NCBI GenBank assembly: GCA_964291395.2
Contig: OZ219856.1
Location: forward strand, 352,001-416,000
Direction: 5' to 3'
Length of the DNA: 64,000 nucleotides
Source of the DNA: Alphaproteobacteria bacterium
GTDB lineage: Bacteria > Pseudomonadota > Alphaproteobacteria > UBA2966
A program made the position numbers and the translations under genes. The notes under the pieces were generated by a model. That model had not been told where the DNA came from. It was given only the letters and a program-made list of their open reading frames with translations, and ran no database searches. This document shows, one piece after another, positions 28,600 to 38,533 of the stretch. How positions within the stretch are numbered: position 1 is the stretch's first letter; the number at the start of each line of letters is the position of its first letter.

Positions 28600-29739
28600 A
28601 TGGCCATGAGCTCATCGCTGCAGTCGATCCTGGGGGCCGAGACCCTCGCCGCGTTCGAGAATCCAGGGCCGGTGGCGCGCGGACTGCCGGGCAAGGCCTA
28701 CACGAGCGAGGCATTCTTCGCCCTCGAGAACGAGCGGCTCTTCTCCGCCTCGTGGGTGTTCGCGGGGTTTGCGCACGAGCTCGGCCGGGCCGGCGATGCG
28801 GCGCCGGTCACCGTCGCCGGTCAGCCGGTCCTGCTGCTGCGGGACGCCGAGGGGAGGATCCGGGCCTTCCACAACGTATGCCGCCACCGGTGCCTCAAGC
28901 TCGTGGATGCGCCCGGCAACGTCGGGCGGGCGGTTCGCTGCCCCTACCACTCCTGGGCGTACGGACTGGACGGCGCCCTGCTCGCAGCGCCGTATTTCGG
29001 CGGCCCCGAACCGCGTGCGGTGCCGCCCGGCTTCGACCGCGAGCAGCACGGTCTCGTGCCGGCGCGGTCGGCGGTTTGGCACGACTGGATTTTCGTCGAC
29101 CTGAACGGCGCCGCACCGCCGCTCGAGGACTTCGTCGCCCCGCTCCAGGACCGGCTCGAAGGGATTGACCTTACCCCCATGCGCCACCTCGTCACCATCG
29201 ACCTTGGCGAGGTGGCCGCGAACTGGAAGCTCTTGATGGAGAACTTCATCGAGCCCTACCACGTCCAGTTCGTGCACCCGACGACCACCGAGCAACCCCT
29301 GAAGGATCACTACACGGTGAACGACCCGGGCTGCCTGGGGGCCGCCGTCGACGTCTCCGGAGACGCGAAGCGGGAGGACACGCTGTCGGCGGACTCCCGC
29401 TACCTCACCCTGTTTCCCAACTTCGTGTTCGGTCTCTATCTCCCGGACCAGATCGGCGTGCACTTGAATGTCCCGCTGGCGCCGGACCGCACCCTCCAGC
29501 GCCGCGCGATCTACAGCCTCGATCCCGAGCACCTGCCGACTGACCGCGCCGAGCAGCTTGCAAAGCTCTGGCGCGACGTGCACCTGGAGGACCACGCGAT
29601 CTGCGAACGGCTCCAGAAGGGACGCGTCTCCGATGCGGCCGCCGCGGGCGGGGTGCTTTCCCCGGTCTGGGAGGACTCCGTGCGGAGCTTCCAGGAACTC
29701 GTCATAAGGCGCTTGCAGAAGGCGCCGCCGGCTCCCTAA
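28600..29739 (+). CDS. Rieske/SRPBCC oxygenase alpha subunit (choline monooxygenase/betaine demethylase-like)
   Basis: NVCRHR...CPYHSW, NWKLLMENFIEPYHVQFVH, EDHAICERLQ. Confidence 0.9.
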   Translation: MAMSSSLQSILGAETLAAFENPGPVARGLPGKAYTSEAFFALENERLFSASWVFAGFAHELGRAGDAAPVTVAGQPVLLLRDAEGRIRAFHNVCRHRCLKLVDAPGNVGRAVRCPYHSWAYGLDGALLAAPYFGGPEPRAVPPGFDREQHGLVPARSAVWHDWIFVDLNGAAPPLEDFVAPLQDRLEGIDLTPMRHLVTIDLGEVAANWKLLMENFIEPYHVQFVHPTTTEQPLKDHYTVNDPGCLGAAVDVSGDAKREDTLSADSRYLTLFPNFVFGLYLPDQIGVHLNVPLAPDRTLQRRAIYSLDPEHLPTDRAEQLAKLWRDVHLEDHAICERLQKGRVSDAAAAGGVLSPVWEDSVRSFQELVIRRLQKAPPAP

Positions 29740-29768
29740 ACCCGACAAGTGTCCCGGAGGCCGGGTTT

Positions 29769-30060
29769 TGTTGGCGACGGTTCCGGCGGCATCGGAACGA
29801 CCAGTGCAACGTTTCTTGTGCGTGTTCGATCGGCTTGTGTCGCCAAATGCAGGCCGGGTCTCCCGTGACGACTCCTTACGCTACGAATTCGTGGTCGATG
29901 GAACGGGTCATGCGTTCGCTGACGGGGGTAACGTGTATCCCGTGCAAGTAATCACAGGAGACCAGGGCATCACCTTGCTGGAAGTACTGAAAACAGGTGC
30001 GGTGCAGACCATCACCATTCACATGACTGGCGGCGCGGGAAACGATAGGCACCAATCCGG
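29769..30060 (+). pseudogene. Fragment of a hypothetical beta-rich protein, no convincing start
   Basis: Protein-like segment YEFVVDGTG...GITLLEVLKTGAVQTITI, no RBS/ATG, lower GC. Confidence 0.35.
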
Positions 30061-30062
30061 CT

Positions 30063-30416
30063 CTATTCCCCATCCCGGCGCCGGTACCGTCCCAACCGGT
30101 TCACGCAATTCAGAACTCGCGCCGCCGTGACGGGAAAGACCGCCACTGACGCGATGCGCGTTACGATCAAGGCATGGCGCGAGCTATTCGGCCAGACGAT
30201 GATCTCCCGAATCTCATCAAGCGGCACAGCGTGCTTCACCAGACGGTCATCCGCGCCCCGGAAGCCCATGAACCATACGGTGTCCTCCGTGCACTCAAAC
30301 GGCCGAATGTGCTTGCTCCGGTCCTCGGATGCGGAAGCGAGCGCCGCCACAAGACAGGCGAACGCAACTCCGAATATCGCTGTCTCGAAGGTGTGCCGCT
30401 TAATCCAGGTCCGCAT
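30063..30416 (-). CDS. Hypothetical exported protein
   Basis: GAGGGAAG RBS, hydrophobic N-terminus with ALA-SA cleavage-like site. Confidence 0.55.
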   Translation of the reverse strand: MRTWIKRHTFETAIFGVAFACLVAALASASEDRSKHIRPFECTEDTVWFMGFRGADDRLVKHAVPLDEIREIIVWPNSSRHALIVTRIASVAVFPVTAARVLNCVNRLGRYRRRDGE

Positions 30417-30614
30417 ACCGCTTCCCTCTGGATAGCTGCCGGGGGTGCGAACACCCCCCGAACGCCCGGCTTGTCATCAAAACGGAGTCTCTCGTCCATC
30501 TGAGCACGAAACGCGCGAGCAATCACCCGTGAGCGCGACGAGAGACGCCTGGAGGGAAAGGCCGTCAGGCCGCACTCGGCGCTGAACGGAAACACGCCCA
30601 CAGATGCGCGCCGT

Positions 30615-30654
30615 GCGCAAGGCCGTGCTGGTTCGAGTCCAGCCGCCTGCAGCA
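30615..30654 (+). repeat. Degenerate copy of the tRNA-Leu 3' end (attR-like)
   Basis: 37/40 identical to 21071-21110. Confidence 0.85.
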
Positions 30655-30741
30655 AACCGTTCGAACGACATCCTCCTCGGTTGAGAGCGTGCGGCCCGCT
30701 CGTGTAGACAGGATGGAGACACAGGAGAGGAGGAGGCGTCG

Positions 30742-32253
30742 ATGACCGAGCTGTCCAAATCGGAGATCGCCGAGATTGCCGCGAAGCTGCCCATCCGGAC
30801 CCGGGCCTTCATCGACGGCGAGTACCATCCGGCCGCGTCGGGCCAGACCTTCGCGACCGTCAATCCGGCGACCGGCGAGCACATCGCCGATGTCGCGCAC
30901 TGCGGCGGCGAGGACGTCGACCGGGCCGTCCGAGCGGCCCGCCGCGCCTTCGACGGCGGCGCATGGTCGCGCGCGGCCCCCGAACACCGCAAGGAAGTGC
31001 TGCTCAAGCTCGCCGACCTCGTGCGCGCCAATGCCGCGGAAATCGCGGTGATGGAAAGCACCGACGTCGGCAAGACGATCAGCGATGCGATGGACGAGAT
31101 CGGCGGCGAGGCCGTCAGCTACTTCCAATGGTACGCGGAACTCGCCGACAAGACCTTCGGCAAGGTCGCGACGACGGGCGAGGACGCCCTGGCCCTCATC
31201 GTCAAGGAGCCCGCCGGTGTCGCCGCGGCGGTCCTGCCCTGGAACTTCCCGTTCCTGATGGCCGTGTGGAAGGTGGCGACCGCGCTGGCGGCCGGCTGTT
31301 CCGTCATCCTCAAGCCGGCCGAGCAGACGCCGCTGACGACGATCTACCTCGCCGAACTGGCGACGGAGGCGGGCGTGCCTCCCGGCGTGATCAACGCCCT
31401 GCCGGGCCTCGGCGAGACCACGGGCCAGGCGCTGGGCCGGCACGGCGATATCGACGTCATCTCCTTCACCGGATCGACCGAGGTCGGCGGTTACTTCATG
31501 CGCTACGCGGGTGAGAGCAATCTCAAGTCCGTGGGCCTCGAGATGGGCGGGAAGAGCCCGTTCATCGTGCTGGACGACGCCGACCTCGACGATGACCTCA
31601 TCGAGCACGCGGCGCTCTCGGCCTTCTGGAACGCGGGCCAGAACTGCTCGGCGAACATGCGGCAGATCGTCGACGCCAGGCGAGCCGGGGAGTACGTCGA
31701 GCGCGTGACGGCCCGCGCCAATGCCTACAAGGTCGGCGATCCCCTGGATCCCGAGACCGAGATCGGCGCCATGATCACGTCCGAGCACCGGGACGTCGTC
31801 ATGGGCTACATCGAAAAGGGTCGGGCCGAGGGCGCGCGCCTTGTGGCCGGCGGCGCGACCCTGGATGCGCCGGGCTATTTCGTGCGGCCCACGGTGTTCG
31901 ACGGCCTGACCCCCGACATGACCATCTCGCGCGAGGAGATCTTCGGGCCGGTCCTCGGCGTCCTGCCGGTCAGGAGTTTCGACGAGGCCCTCGCCGTCGC
32001 CAACGACACCGACTACGGCCTGCACGCCACGGTGTTCACCCGGGACATCGACCGCGCCATCCACATGGCCCGCCGCCTGCCGTGCGGTACGGTCGCCGTG
32101 AACGGGTTCACGGAAGGCGACGTCAAGACGCCCTTCGGCGGCTACAAGCGGTCGGGGTCCATGGCGCGCGAGAACGGCGTGGAAGCCTTGGACCAGTACG
32201 TCCAAACCAAGACCATCTGGATCTCCGTCGGCGCGATGGACGCCGTCTCATGA
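30742..32253 (+). CDS. Aldehyde dehydrogenase (PuuC-like)
   Basis: PWNFP, KPAEQ, FTGSTEVG, LEMGGKSP, GQNC, EEIFGP. Confidence 0.94.
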   Translation: MTELSKSEIAEIAAKLPIRTRAFIDGEYHPAASGQTFATVNPATGEHIADVAHCGGEDVDRAVRAARRAFDGGAWSRAAPEHRKEVLLKLADLVRANAAEIAVMESTDVGKTISDAMDEIGGEAVSYFQWYAELADKTFGKVATTGEDALALIVKEPAGVAAAVLPWNFPFLMAVWKVATALAAGCSVILKPAEQTPLTTIYLAELATEAGVPPGVINALPGLGETTGQALGRHGDIDVISFTGSTEVGGYFMRYAGESNLKSVGLEMGGKSPFIVLDDADLDDDLIEHAALSAFWNAGQNCSANMRQIVDARRAGEYVERVTARANAYKVGDPLDPETEIGAMITSEHRDVVMGYIEKGRAEGARLVAGGATLDAPGYFVRPTVFDGLTPDMTISREEIFGPVLGVLPVRSFDEALAVANDTDYGLHATVFTRDIDRAIHMARRLPCGTVAVNGFTEGDVKTPFGGYKRSGSMARENGVEALDQYVQTKTIWISVGAMDAVS

Positions 32254-32292
32254 CCGCCAAGACCCCGATCCTTTCCGTCACGGCCGGGTGCC

Positions 32293-33120
32293 TCATTCCA
32301 CCGGCGCCGTGTCGTTGAATACCTGGGTGCGTTTCATGAGACGCCGCTGATCCGGCGGGAATTTTCCGCGGCCGTGCATGGTCGGCCTGTTGTCCCACAT
32401 CACGAGGTCGCCCACCCGCCACCGGTGTGTCCAAATGAACTCCGGGCGCGCGACGTGGTCGGTGAGGAATTCGACCAATTCCCGACTCTCGCTTTCGTCG
32501 AGTCCCACCACGGAGCGGGTGAACAGCGGCGTCACGTAGAGCGTCTTCCGCCCGGTCTCGGGATGGGTGCACACGATAGGATGATCGATGATCTGCGGCG
32601 GATTGAGCGGGGTGTCCGGATGGCGGTGGGTCGCCCTGAGGCCTTTCAACCGTTCCTTCATCGCGGCGTCGAGCGCGTCGTAAGCGGCGTAGCCGCTGCC
32701 CCAGCGTGTCTCGCCGCCGGTGTCGGGGATTTCCACGGCATAGAGGGCCGAGATGGTGCCGGGCTTCGGCATGTAGGCGAGGTCCGAGTGAAAGCCGATC
32801 TCGCCGTCGCCGAGGGCCCCGATTTCTTTGCCGTTCTTCCTGATGTTGGAGACGAAGAGGATCTCCTTCACGGGCCTGTCCGGCATGTCGCGCACGTGGA
32901 CCTCGGCCTTTCCAAAGTAATTGGTGAACCGGACCTGATCCTCGTCGCCGAGGTCCTGCTCCCGAAAGAAGATCACGCAATGATCCAGCAGCGTCCGACG
33001 GACCGCGGCGGCCGTCTCCCGGGGAAGCGGGTTCGACAGGTCGAGTCCCCGGACCTCGGCGCCGAGCGCCGCCCCCGTCGGAATGACGGTCATTCCCTCC
33101 ACGGCGTTGGGCTTGCTCAC
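32293..33120 (-). CDS. TauD/TfdA family dioxygenase
   Basis: FHSD, GGET, WDNRPTMH. Confidence 0.92.
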   Translation of the reverse strand: MSKPNAVEGMTVIPTGAALGAEVRGLDLSNPLPRETAAAVRRTLLDHCVIFFREQDLGDEDQVRFTNYFGKAEVHVRDMPDRPVKEILFVSNIRKNGKEIGALGDGEIGFHSDLAYMPKPGTISALYAVEIPDTGGETRWGSGYAAYDALDAAMKERLKGLRATHRHPDTPLNPPQIIDHPIVCTHPETGRKTLYVTPLFTRSVVGLDESESRELVEFLTDHVARPEFIWTHRWRVGDLVMWDNRPTMHGRGKFPPDQRRLMKRTQVFNDTAPVE

Positions 33121-33444
33121 TTTCCGGTTCCGCGGCCGACGAAGGTGCCGATGCTCATGGCCTCGATACGGCGACGGCCACGCCGCGGGCCGCCGTCATT
33201 CCGGCCGCAGACATCCGGAACGCGGGCGTCATTTGTCCCGTTTCACGGTATCGCGCGATTTCTTCCGGTGTCGGCACGGCCTGAGTTTATTTTTCGAGAC
33301 GGCGGCGAACAAGCGTATCGGCGCTCGCTCGGGCGCGCCGGAGGTTCCAACCCGCGGCGGTTCCAGTTTGACCGGAACCGCCCTAGAGTCTGAAGGGCCC
33401 GTTCGTGCACCGGCGGGAGAGGATCAAGAAAGGGGAGACGCACC

Positions 33445-34107
33445 GTGACCAGGCAATCCGGCGACAGTACCACGCCCTGGCGGATCAAGGGTGATTGGTG
33501 GGATCTCTGCAATTGCGCGATCGGTTGTCCCTGCCTGTTCGGGGAGAATCCCACCCTTGGCTACTGCCAGGGGGTGCTGACCTACATCATCCGGGAGGGG
33601 CGCCACGGAGACGTTGATCTCGGCGGGCTCACCGTCATCCTGATCGTTCATTTCGAGGGCGAGCTCTTCGACAGGAACCGTGAGATCGGCATTCTCATCG
33701 ACGAGCGCGCCGATGCCGCGCAGCGGGAGGCGCTGGAGATCATCTTCAGCGGGCGCTCGGGCAGCGTGTTCGGCGCGATGCGTGACCTGAGAAAAAGCCT
33801 CGACGGAATAGAATACGTGCCGATCGACGCCAGTCAGGACGAGGAGGAATGGAGGGTGCAGGTCGCGGGCTTGATCGAGGGTCTCGGCGGCCCGTTCCGC
33901 AAGTTCCTCGTACCGGAGGGCGAGGCCTGTCGCATCCACAACCCGCCGCGGCCGGAAGTCGTCCCCGGGATCGTCACCGTCGGTCACGCCCTGCGCAATA
34001 TCATCACGGGACCGTTCGGACGCGATTGGGACTGGACCGGGCGCTCGGCCAAGCACATCGGTTTCGATCTCAGCGGCCCGGACGACTTCAGCTGGAAGAA
34101 CGCATAA
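33445..34107 (+). CDS. DUF1326 family Cys-rich protein
   Basis: W.IKG.W...CNC.IGCPC...PT.GYC, G.HGDVDL.GL, IDERA..AQREAL. Confidence 0.85.
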   Translation: MTRQSGDSTTPWRIKGDWWDLCNCAIGCPCLFGENPTLGYCQGVLTYIIREGRHGDVDLGGLTVILIVHFEGELFDRNREIGILIDERADAAQREALEIIFSGRSGSVFGAMRDLRKSLDGIEYVPIDASQDEEEWRVQVAGLIEGLGGPFRKFLVPEGEACRIHNPPRPEVVPGIVTVGHALRNIITGPFGRDWDWTGRSAKHIGFDLSGPDDFSWKNA

Positions 34108-34111
34108 CCTC

Positions 34112-35788
34112 ATGGCCAGCAACGAGATCACCGGCGCGCGCTATATCGCGGAAGCTCTCAAGCACCTCGGCGTGACCCACGTCTTCTTCATGGACGCGGT
34201 CCTGAGGCGCACCCTCGTCGAGATGGAGCAGGTCGGGATCACCCGCGTGCTGGCGCACTCGGAAAAGGCGGCGGCCTATATGGCCGACGCCTACGCGCGG
34301 GTGACCGGCCGCGTGGGCGTCTGCATGGCGCAATCGGTCGGCGCCGCCAACCTTGCCGCGGGCCTGCAGGATGCCTGGCTGCACCGGGCGCCGGTCCTTG
34401 CGATCACCGGCCGCAAGCCGCCCTTCGCCCGGGACCGCAACGCCTATCAGGAGGTCGAGCACGCGCCCCTTTACGCACCCGTTACCAAGATGCATGCCGA
34501 CGTCGACGTGATCGACGAGCTGCCGCGCTATCTCGAGCAGGCCTTTCGCGAGGCGACGGACGGCACGCCCCGTCCGGTGCATCTTGATCTCAACGGCCTC
34601 GGTGGCCAGGAGATCGAGAACGCAACGCTGCCGGGCGCCGACTTGCCGAACGCCGCGTATGGATCGCATCCCGTCCGGCGCCTGCGGCCGGATCCCGCGG
34701 AAATCGAGGCGGCCGCGGCGCGCCTCGCCAAGGCCAGGAAGCCAGTCCTGGTGGCGGGAGCGGGCGCCGTGCAGGCCGCTGCGCACGCCTCGGTGCGGTC
34801 GCTGGCGGAAACACTGTCGATTCCCATCGCCACGTCCCTCGGCGGCCGCGGCATCGTGCCCACGACCCATGCGCTCCACGTCGGCGTGGTCGGCACCTAT
34901 TCCGCGCCGGTCACCAACCAGCTCGTCCACGAGGCCGATCTCGTCATCTACGTGGGTTGTCACACGGGCGATCAGGTGACCAACGACTGGACCGTTCCGG
35001 CCCCCGGTACGGCGGTGATCCAAATCGACGTCGACGGCCGCGAGGTGGGGCGCAGCTATTCCGGCGTCAGCGGAATCGTCGGTGATCCGGGGATGGCGCT
35101 GGATGATCTGGCAGTGGCCGTCGATGGCGCGGGGGACCGCATTGACTGGGCCAGGGATGCGGGTGCCCGCTTCGATGAGTGGCGCGACTCCATGGCCGAG
35201 CATCGGGCGTCGGATGCGGTGCCGATGCGCGTCGAGCGTCTCTGTCATGAATTGAGCGAGGTGCTGCCCGAAGATGCCATCCTGGTGGCCGACACCGGCT
35301 ATTCGGGCATCTGGACGGGCACCGTGCTGGAACTGAGGCACCCGGACCAGACCTACCTGCGCGCCGCCGGGTCGCTGGGCTGGTCATTGCCGGCCGCGCT
35401 CGGGGCCAAGGCCGGGGCGCCCGGCCGGCCCGTCGTCTGCTTCACCGGCGACGGCGGCATCTACTACCACGTGCCGGAACTGGAAACCGCGCAGCGCCGC
35501 GGCCTCCCGGTCGTGGTTGTCGTCAACAACAACTCGGGCTTCGGCCAGGGGGTCGACAAGGTCCGGGACATCTACGGGGATACGCCCGGCAATCCGGACG
35601 ACCTCAACCGCTTCAACGACACGAACTTCGCCGACGTCGCCCGCGCGTTCGGCGTCGAGGGCATCCGGGTCGAGCGGCCCGGCGAAATCCGATCGGCCCT
35701 CGAGCGTGCACTGTCCCTCGACGCGCCCGTGCTGGTTGACGTCGTGACCGACCGCGAACCCCGCGCACCCGCGCCCTGGACACCGTGA
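34112..35788 (+). CDS. Thiamine pyrophosphate-binding enzyme (acetolactate synthase-like)
   Basis: HSEKAAAYMADAYAR, GDGG...NN ThDP motif. Confidence 0.92.
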   Translation: MASNEITGARYIAEALKHLGVTHVFFMDAVLRRTLVEMEQVGITRVLAHSEKAAAYMADAYARVTGRVGVCMAQSVGAANLAAGLQDAWLHRAPVLAITGRKPPFARDRNAYQEVEHAPLYAPVTKMHADVDVIDELPRYLEQAFREATDGTPRPVHLDLNGLGGQEIENATLPGADLPNAAYGSHPVRRLRPDPAEIEAAAARLAKARKPVLVAGAGAVQAAAHASVRSLAETLSIPIATSLGGRGIVPTTHALHVGVVGTYSAPVTNQLVHEADLVIYVGCHTGDQVTNDWTVPAPGTAVIQIDVDGREVGRSYSGVSGIVGDPGMALDDLAVAVDGAGDRIDWARDAGARFDEWRDSMAEHRASDAVPMRVERLCHELSEVLPEDAILVADTGYSGIWTGTVLELRHPDQTYLRAAGSLGWSLPAALGAKAGAPGRPVVCFTGDGGIYYHVPELETAQRRGLPVVVVVNNNSGFGQGVDKVRDIYGDTPGNPDDLNRFNDTNFADVARAFGVEGIRVERPGEIRSALERALSLDAPVLVDVVTDREPRAPAPWTP

Positions 35789-36594
35789 CCGGAACGAGCG
35801 TCGCCTTGATCGGCTACGGCGGCATCGCCCGCACGGTAGCCGCACATCTGCCCGAGCTGGTGCCCGATTCGGGAGTCCGGGCGGTCCTGGTGCGTCCGGC
35901 CTACGTCGCGGCGACGCGTTCGGCTGTCGACGACTCGATCGCCGTCGTGGACACCATCGGGGCGCTGCTGGAATTCGATCCCGACGTCGTCGCGGAATGC
36001 GCCAGCCAATCGGCAGTCGGCGAATTCGGCGAGGCCGTGTTGGCGGGCGGGTGCGACTTGATGATCGCTTCGGTCGGTGCCCTGGCGGACGGCGCTTTGT
36101 GGGGACGCCTACGGACGGCGGCGTCGGCCAACGACGTTCAGGTATTCGCCCCCGCCGGGGCGGTCGGCGGTATGGACGCCCTGTCGGCGGCGAAGACGGC
36201 CGGACTCTCCCGGGTGCGCTACCGCTCGCGCAAACCGCCCGCGGCCTGGCGCGGATCGCCCGCCGAGGAGATCTGCGACCTCGAGGACGTGGTCGAGCCA
36301 ATCGTGTTCTACACCGGATCGGCCCGTGACGCGGCGCGGGACTACGCCAAGAACGCCAATGTTGCGGCGACGGTGGCGCTGGCCGGGATCGGGTTCGAGA
36401 AGACCGAGGTGGAGCTCTGCGCGGATCCGAGTATTTCGTCGAACGTCCACGACGTGACGGTGGAGGGTGCCGCCGGCAGCTTCCGGTTCGAGATCGCGGC
36501 CAAGCCGTTTCCGGACAACCCCAAGACCTCCATGCTGGCGGCCTTCAGCGTCGTGCGAGCGCTGGCCAACCGCGACTCCGCCCTCGTCGTGTGA
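35785..36594 (+). CDS. nadX: L-aspartate dehydrogenase (NadX-like)
   Basis: GYGGIA, ECAS, SVGAL, GAVGGMD, KNANVAATVALAG, NPKTS. Confidence 0.85.
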   Translation: MTGTSVALIGYGGIARTVAAHLPELVPDSGVRAVLVRPAYVAATRSAVDDSIAVVDTIGALLEFDPDVVAECASQSAVGEFGEAVLAGGCDLMIASVGALADGALWGRLRTAASANDVQVFAPAGAVGGMDALSAAKTAGLSRVRYRSRKPPAAWRGSPAEEICDLEDVVEPIVFYTGSARDAARDYAKNANVAATVALAGIGFEKTEVELCADPSISSNVHDVTVEGAAGSFRFEIAAKPFPDNPKTSMLAAFSVVRALANRDSALVV

Positions 36595-36619
36595 AGTTCG
36601 GTGTGGCTGCGCTCGTGAT

Positions 36620-38038
36620 CTACCGTTCGTAGAGCGGGGCCTTGCCCTTGTACCCACTCCAGGCGAACCAGTAGGCGATGTGGCCCGGCAACCTGGCCAA
36701 GGTCTGGCCATCGTTGCCGACAAGAGACTCCTCCTCGACCCGCCAGCTCTGACCGCCAGACTCCAGCGTATCGAAGCCTCGAGACCCCGCCGTGAAGTCG
36801 CGCCCGCGGGCGTCATAGGCCCGCACGGTGCGCGAGGCCGCGTCTCCGATGAGCACGATGTCGAGCGTCCCGATGCGGTCGTTGATCACGCGCCCACCCT
36901 CGAACTCCGAAAGGGGCCAGGCCTTCTCGTGGACGCCGCTGCGCAACGCGAAGACATAGTCCTTCGGCTTGAGCCGCGTGTCCCTGACCAGTGCCGGGAA
37001 CATCAGGTGGGGGCTCGCGAAGTAGCCGGCGTAGGGACGTCCGGGCGTGTAGTCGCGCGAATATCCTGTATCCAGAGACAGCACCCTGGTGTCGGGGTGG
37101 CGGGCCAGCCAGCGCTTCCACGTCGTGATGGCAACCGGACGCACCTTGAGTTCGATGCCCGAGCCGGTGAGCGGCCCGACCACCGGCCGGCCGGTGAACT
37201 GGTTCCACAGCGAGTGGGTCTCCCGGTCGTACATCAGCTTGTTCGAGCGGTAGAGAAACCCGGACGAGCCGAAGACGAAGCGGTCCGGCCGTCCGTGCAC
37301 ACGGGTCTCGAACAGGATGCCCGAACCGCACAAGGTGCAGTAGGCCAGGGCGACGGGCACGCCGCCGATGACGTCGTTGAACATCTCGTGCCAGTCGAGA
37401 ATGCGCAGCGGGTAGGCTCGCGCATCCCCGGCGATTTCCACGCCGAACACCAGCTCCTCGTCGGTAATGTAGGTCGCCGCCTCCGGCGAGACATGCTTCG
37501 GGTCGTTCAGCGCCGGGATCCCGTCCTTCCGTACCCCGCCCCAGACGATCTCTTCGAGGCGAATTTCGTGCTTCACGCCTCGTTTCAGGAACAGGCGGAA
37601 ACTCGGGTCGATCAGAGCGAAGAGATCGGCCTTGAAGGCGTCGTACCCCTCGAACGGCACGATCTCTGGGTGTGCTTCCTGCCACAGGATCCAGGCGTGC
37701 CAGTCACCGCCCAGAGTTTCGTCCGTCAAGGCTTCCAAGGTGTCGGCGAGGGATCGATCGTGGTCCCGGAAATAGCGGAGGATCTGGATCAGCGCCGGCA
37801 CGACGTCGGCATTTCCCCGCTCCTGCAAGCTTCGCAACACCTGGCGTCGTCCATTGACGTCCGCCGAAAGGATTTGGCGAACCGATTCCTCGACGTTCGT
37901 CGCGGAGTCGACGGCACGATCCTGCGCTGCCGCACAAATCGAGAGCGCAAGGACCGCCACGGCGACGCTGACGGTGCCGGCGGCGGCGGGAAAGGGAGTG
38001 ATGAACGGGAGGCGCATGGCAAGGGGCTTGGGTTTCAT
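36620..38038 (-). CDS. DUF3179 domain protein, exported (start uncertain)
   Basis: WGGVRKDGIPAL, ARAYP, WHEMFND, YCTLCGSG, SLWNQFTG, YWFAW. Confidence 0.88.
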   Translation of the reverse strand: MKPKPLAMRLPFITPFPAAAGTVSVAVAVLALSICAAAQDRAVDSATNVEESVRQILSADVNGRRQVLRSLQERGNADVVPALIQILRYFRDHDRSLADTLEALTDETLGGDWHAWILWQEAHPEIVPFEGYDAFKADLFALIDPSFRLFLKRGVKHEIRLEEIVWGGVRKDGIPALNDPKHVSPEAATYITDEELVFGVEIAGDARAYPLRILDWHEMFNDVIGGVPVALAYCTLCGSGILFETRVHGRPDRFVFGSSGFLYRSNKLMYDRETHSLWNQFTGRPVVGPLTGSGIELKVRPVAITTWKRWLARHPDTRVLSLDTGYSRDYTPGRPYAGYFASPHLMFPALVRDTRLKPKDYVFALRSGVHEKAWPLSEFEGGRVINDRIGTLDIVLIGDAASRTVRAYDARGRDFTAGSRGFDTLESGGQSWRVEEESLVGNDGQTLARLPGHIAYWFAWSGYKGKAPLYER

Positions 38039-38127
38039 GCGGGCATGGCATTTCGGGTGCTGCTACTGTTCCGGTTGCTTGATGCAACCCCACCACCTTC
38101 GGAAACGCTGCACAAGGGAGACAGTTC

Positions 38128-38511
38128 ATGAACCGCTATTTCAACCCGCCCGACCTGGCCCCGCCATTCGGGAACTACAGCCAAGGCGTCGAGATCACGG
38201 AGGCCGAGAAGATCGTCTACGTCGCCGGGCAGGTCGGTGTGGCATCTGACGGAACGGTGCCTAGAGACTTCGAGCAGCAGGCCGAGCAGGCCTTTCGCAA
38301 CGTTCAGGGCGTCTTGCGTGCCGCCGACCTGGACGTCGAGAACATCGTGTCGATGCGAACGTATCTTCTGAGTCGCGACGATATTCCCGGATTTCGAGCC
38401 GCGCGAGATCGCGTATTCGGGGAGGTCAAGCCGGCGGGTACGCTGCTGATCGTTGCCGGATTGGCGGCACCGGAGTGGCGGATCGAGATCGATGCCTTCG
38501 CCTACGGGTAG
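38128..38511 (+). CDS. RidA/YjgF family protein
   Basis: YSQG, AGQVG, PAGTL, IEIDA. Confidence 0.9.
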   Translation: MNRYFNPPDLAPPFGNYSQGVEITEAEKIVYVAGQVGVASDGTVPRDFEQQAEQAFRNVQGVLRAADLDVENIVSMRTYLLSRDDIPGFRAARDRVFGEVKPAGTLLIVAGLAAPEWRIEIDAFAYG

Positions 38512-38533
38512 GGGCGAAGGCATCCCGCGCTGA

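Noticed and set aside
30565-32205. 546-aa minus-strand ORF
   Set aside because: Antisense shadow of the aldehyde dehydrogenase
36620-38038. Selenoprotein form of DUF3179
   Set aside because: The frame is open with CTLC and has no in-frame TGA
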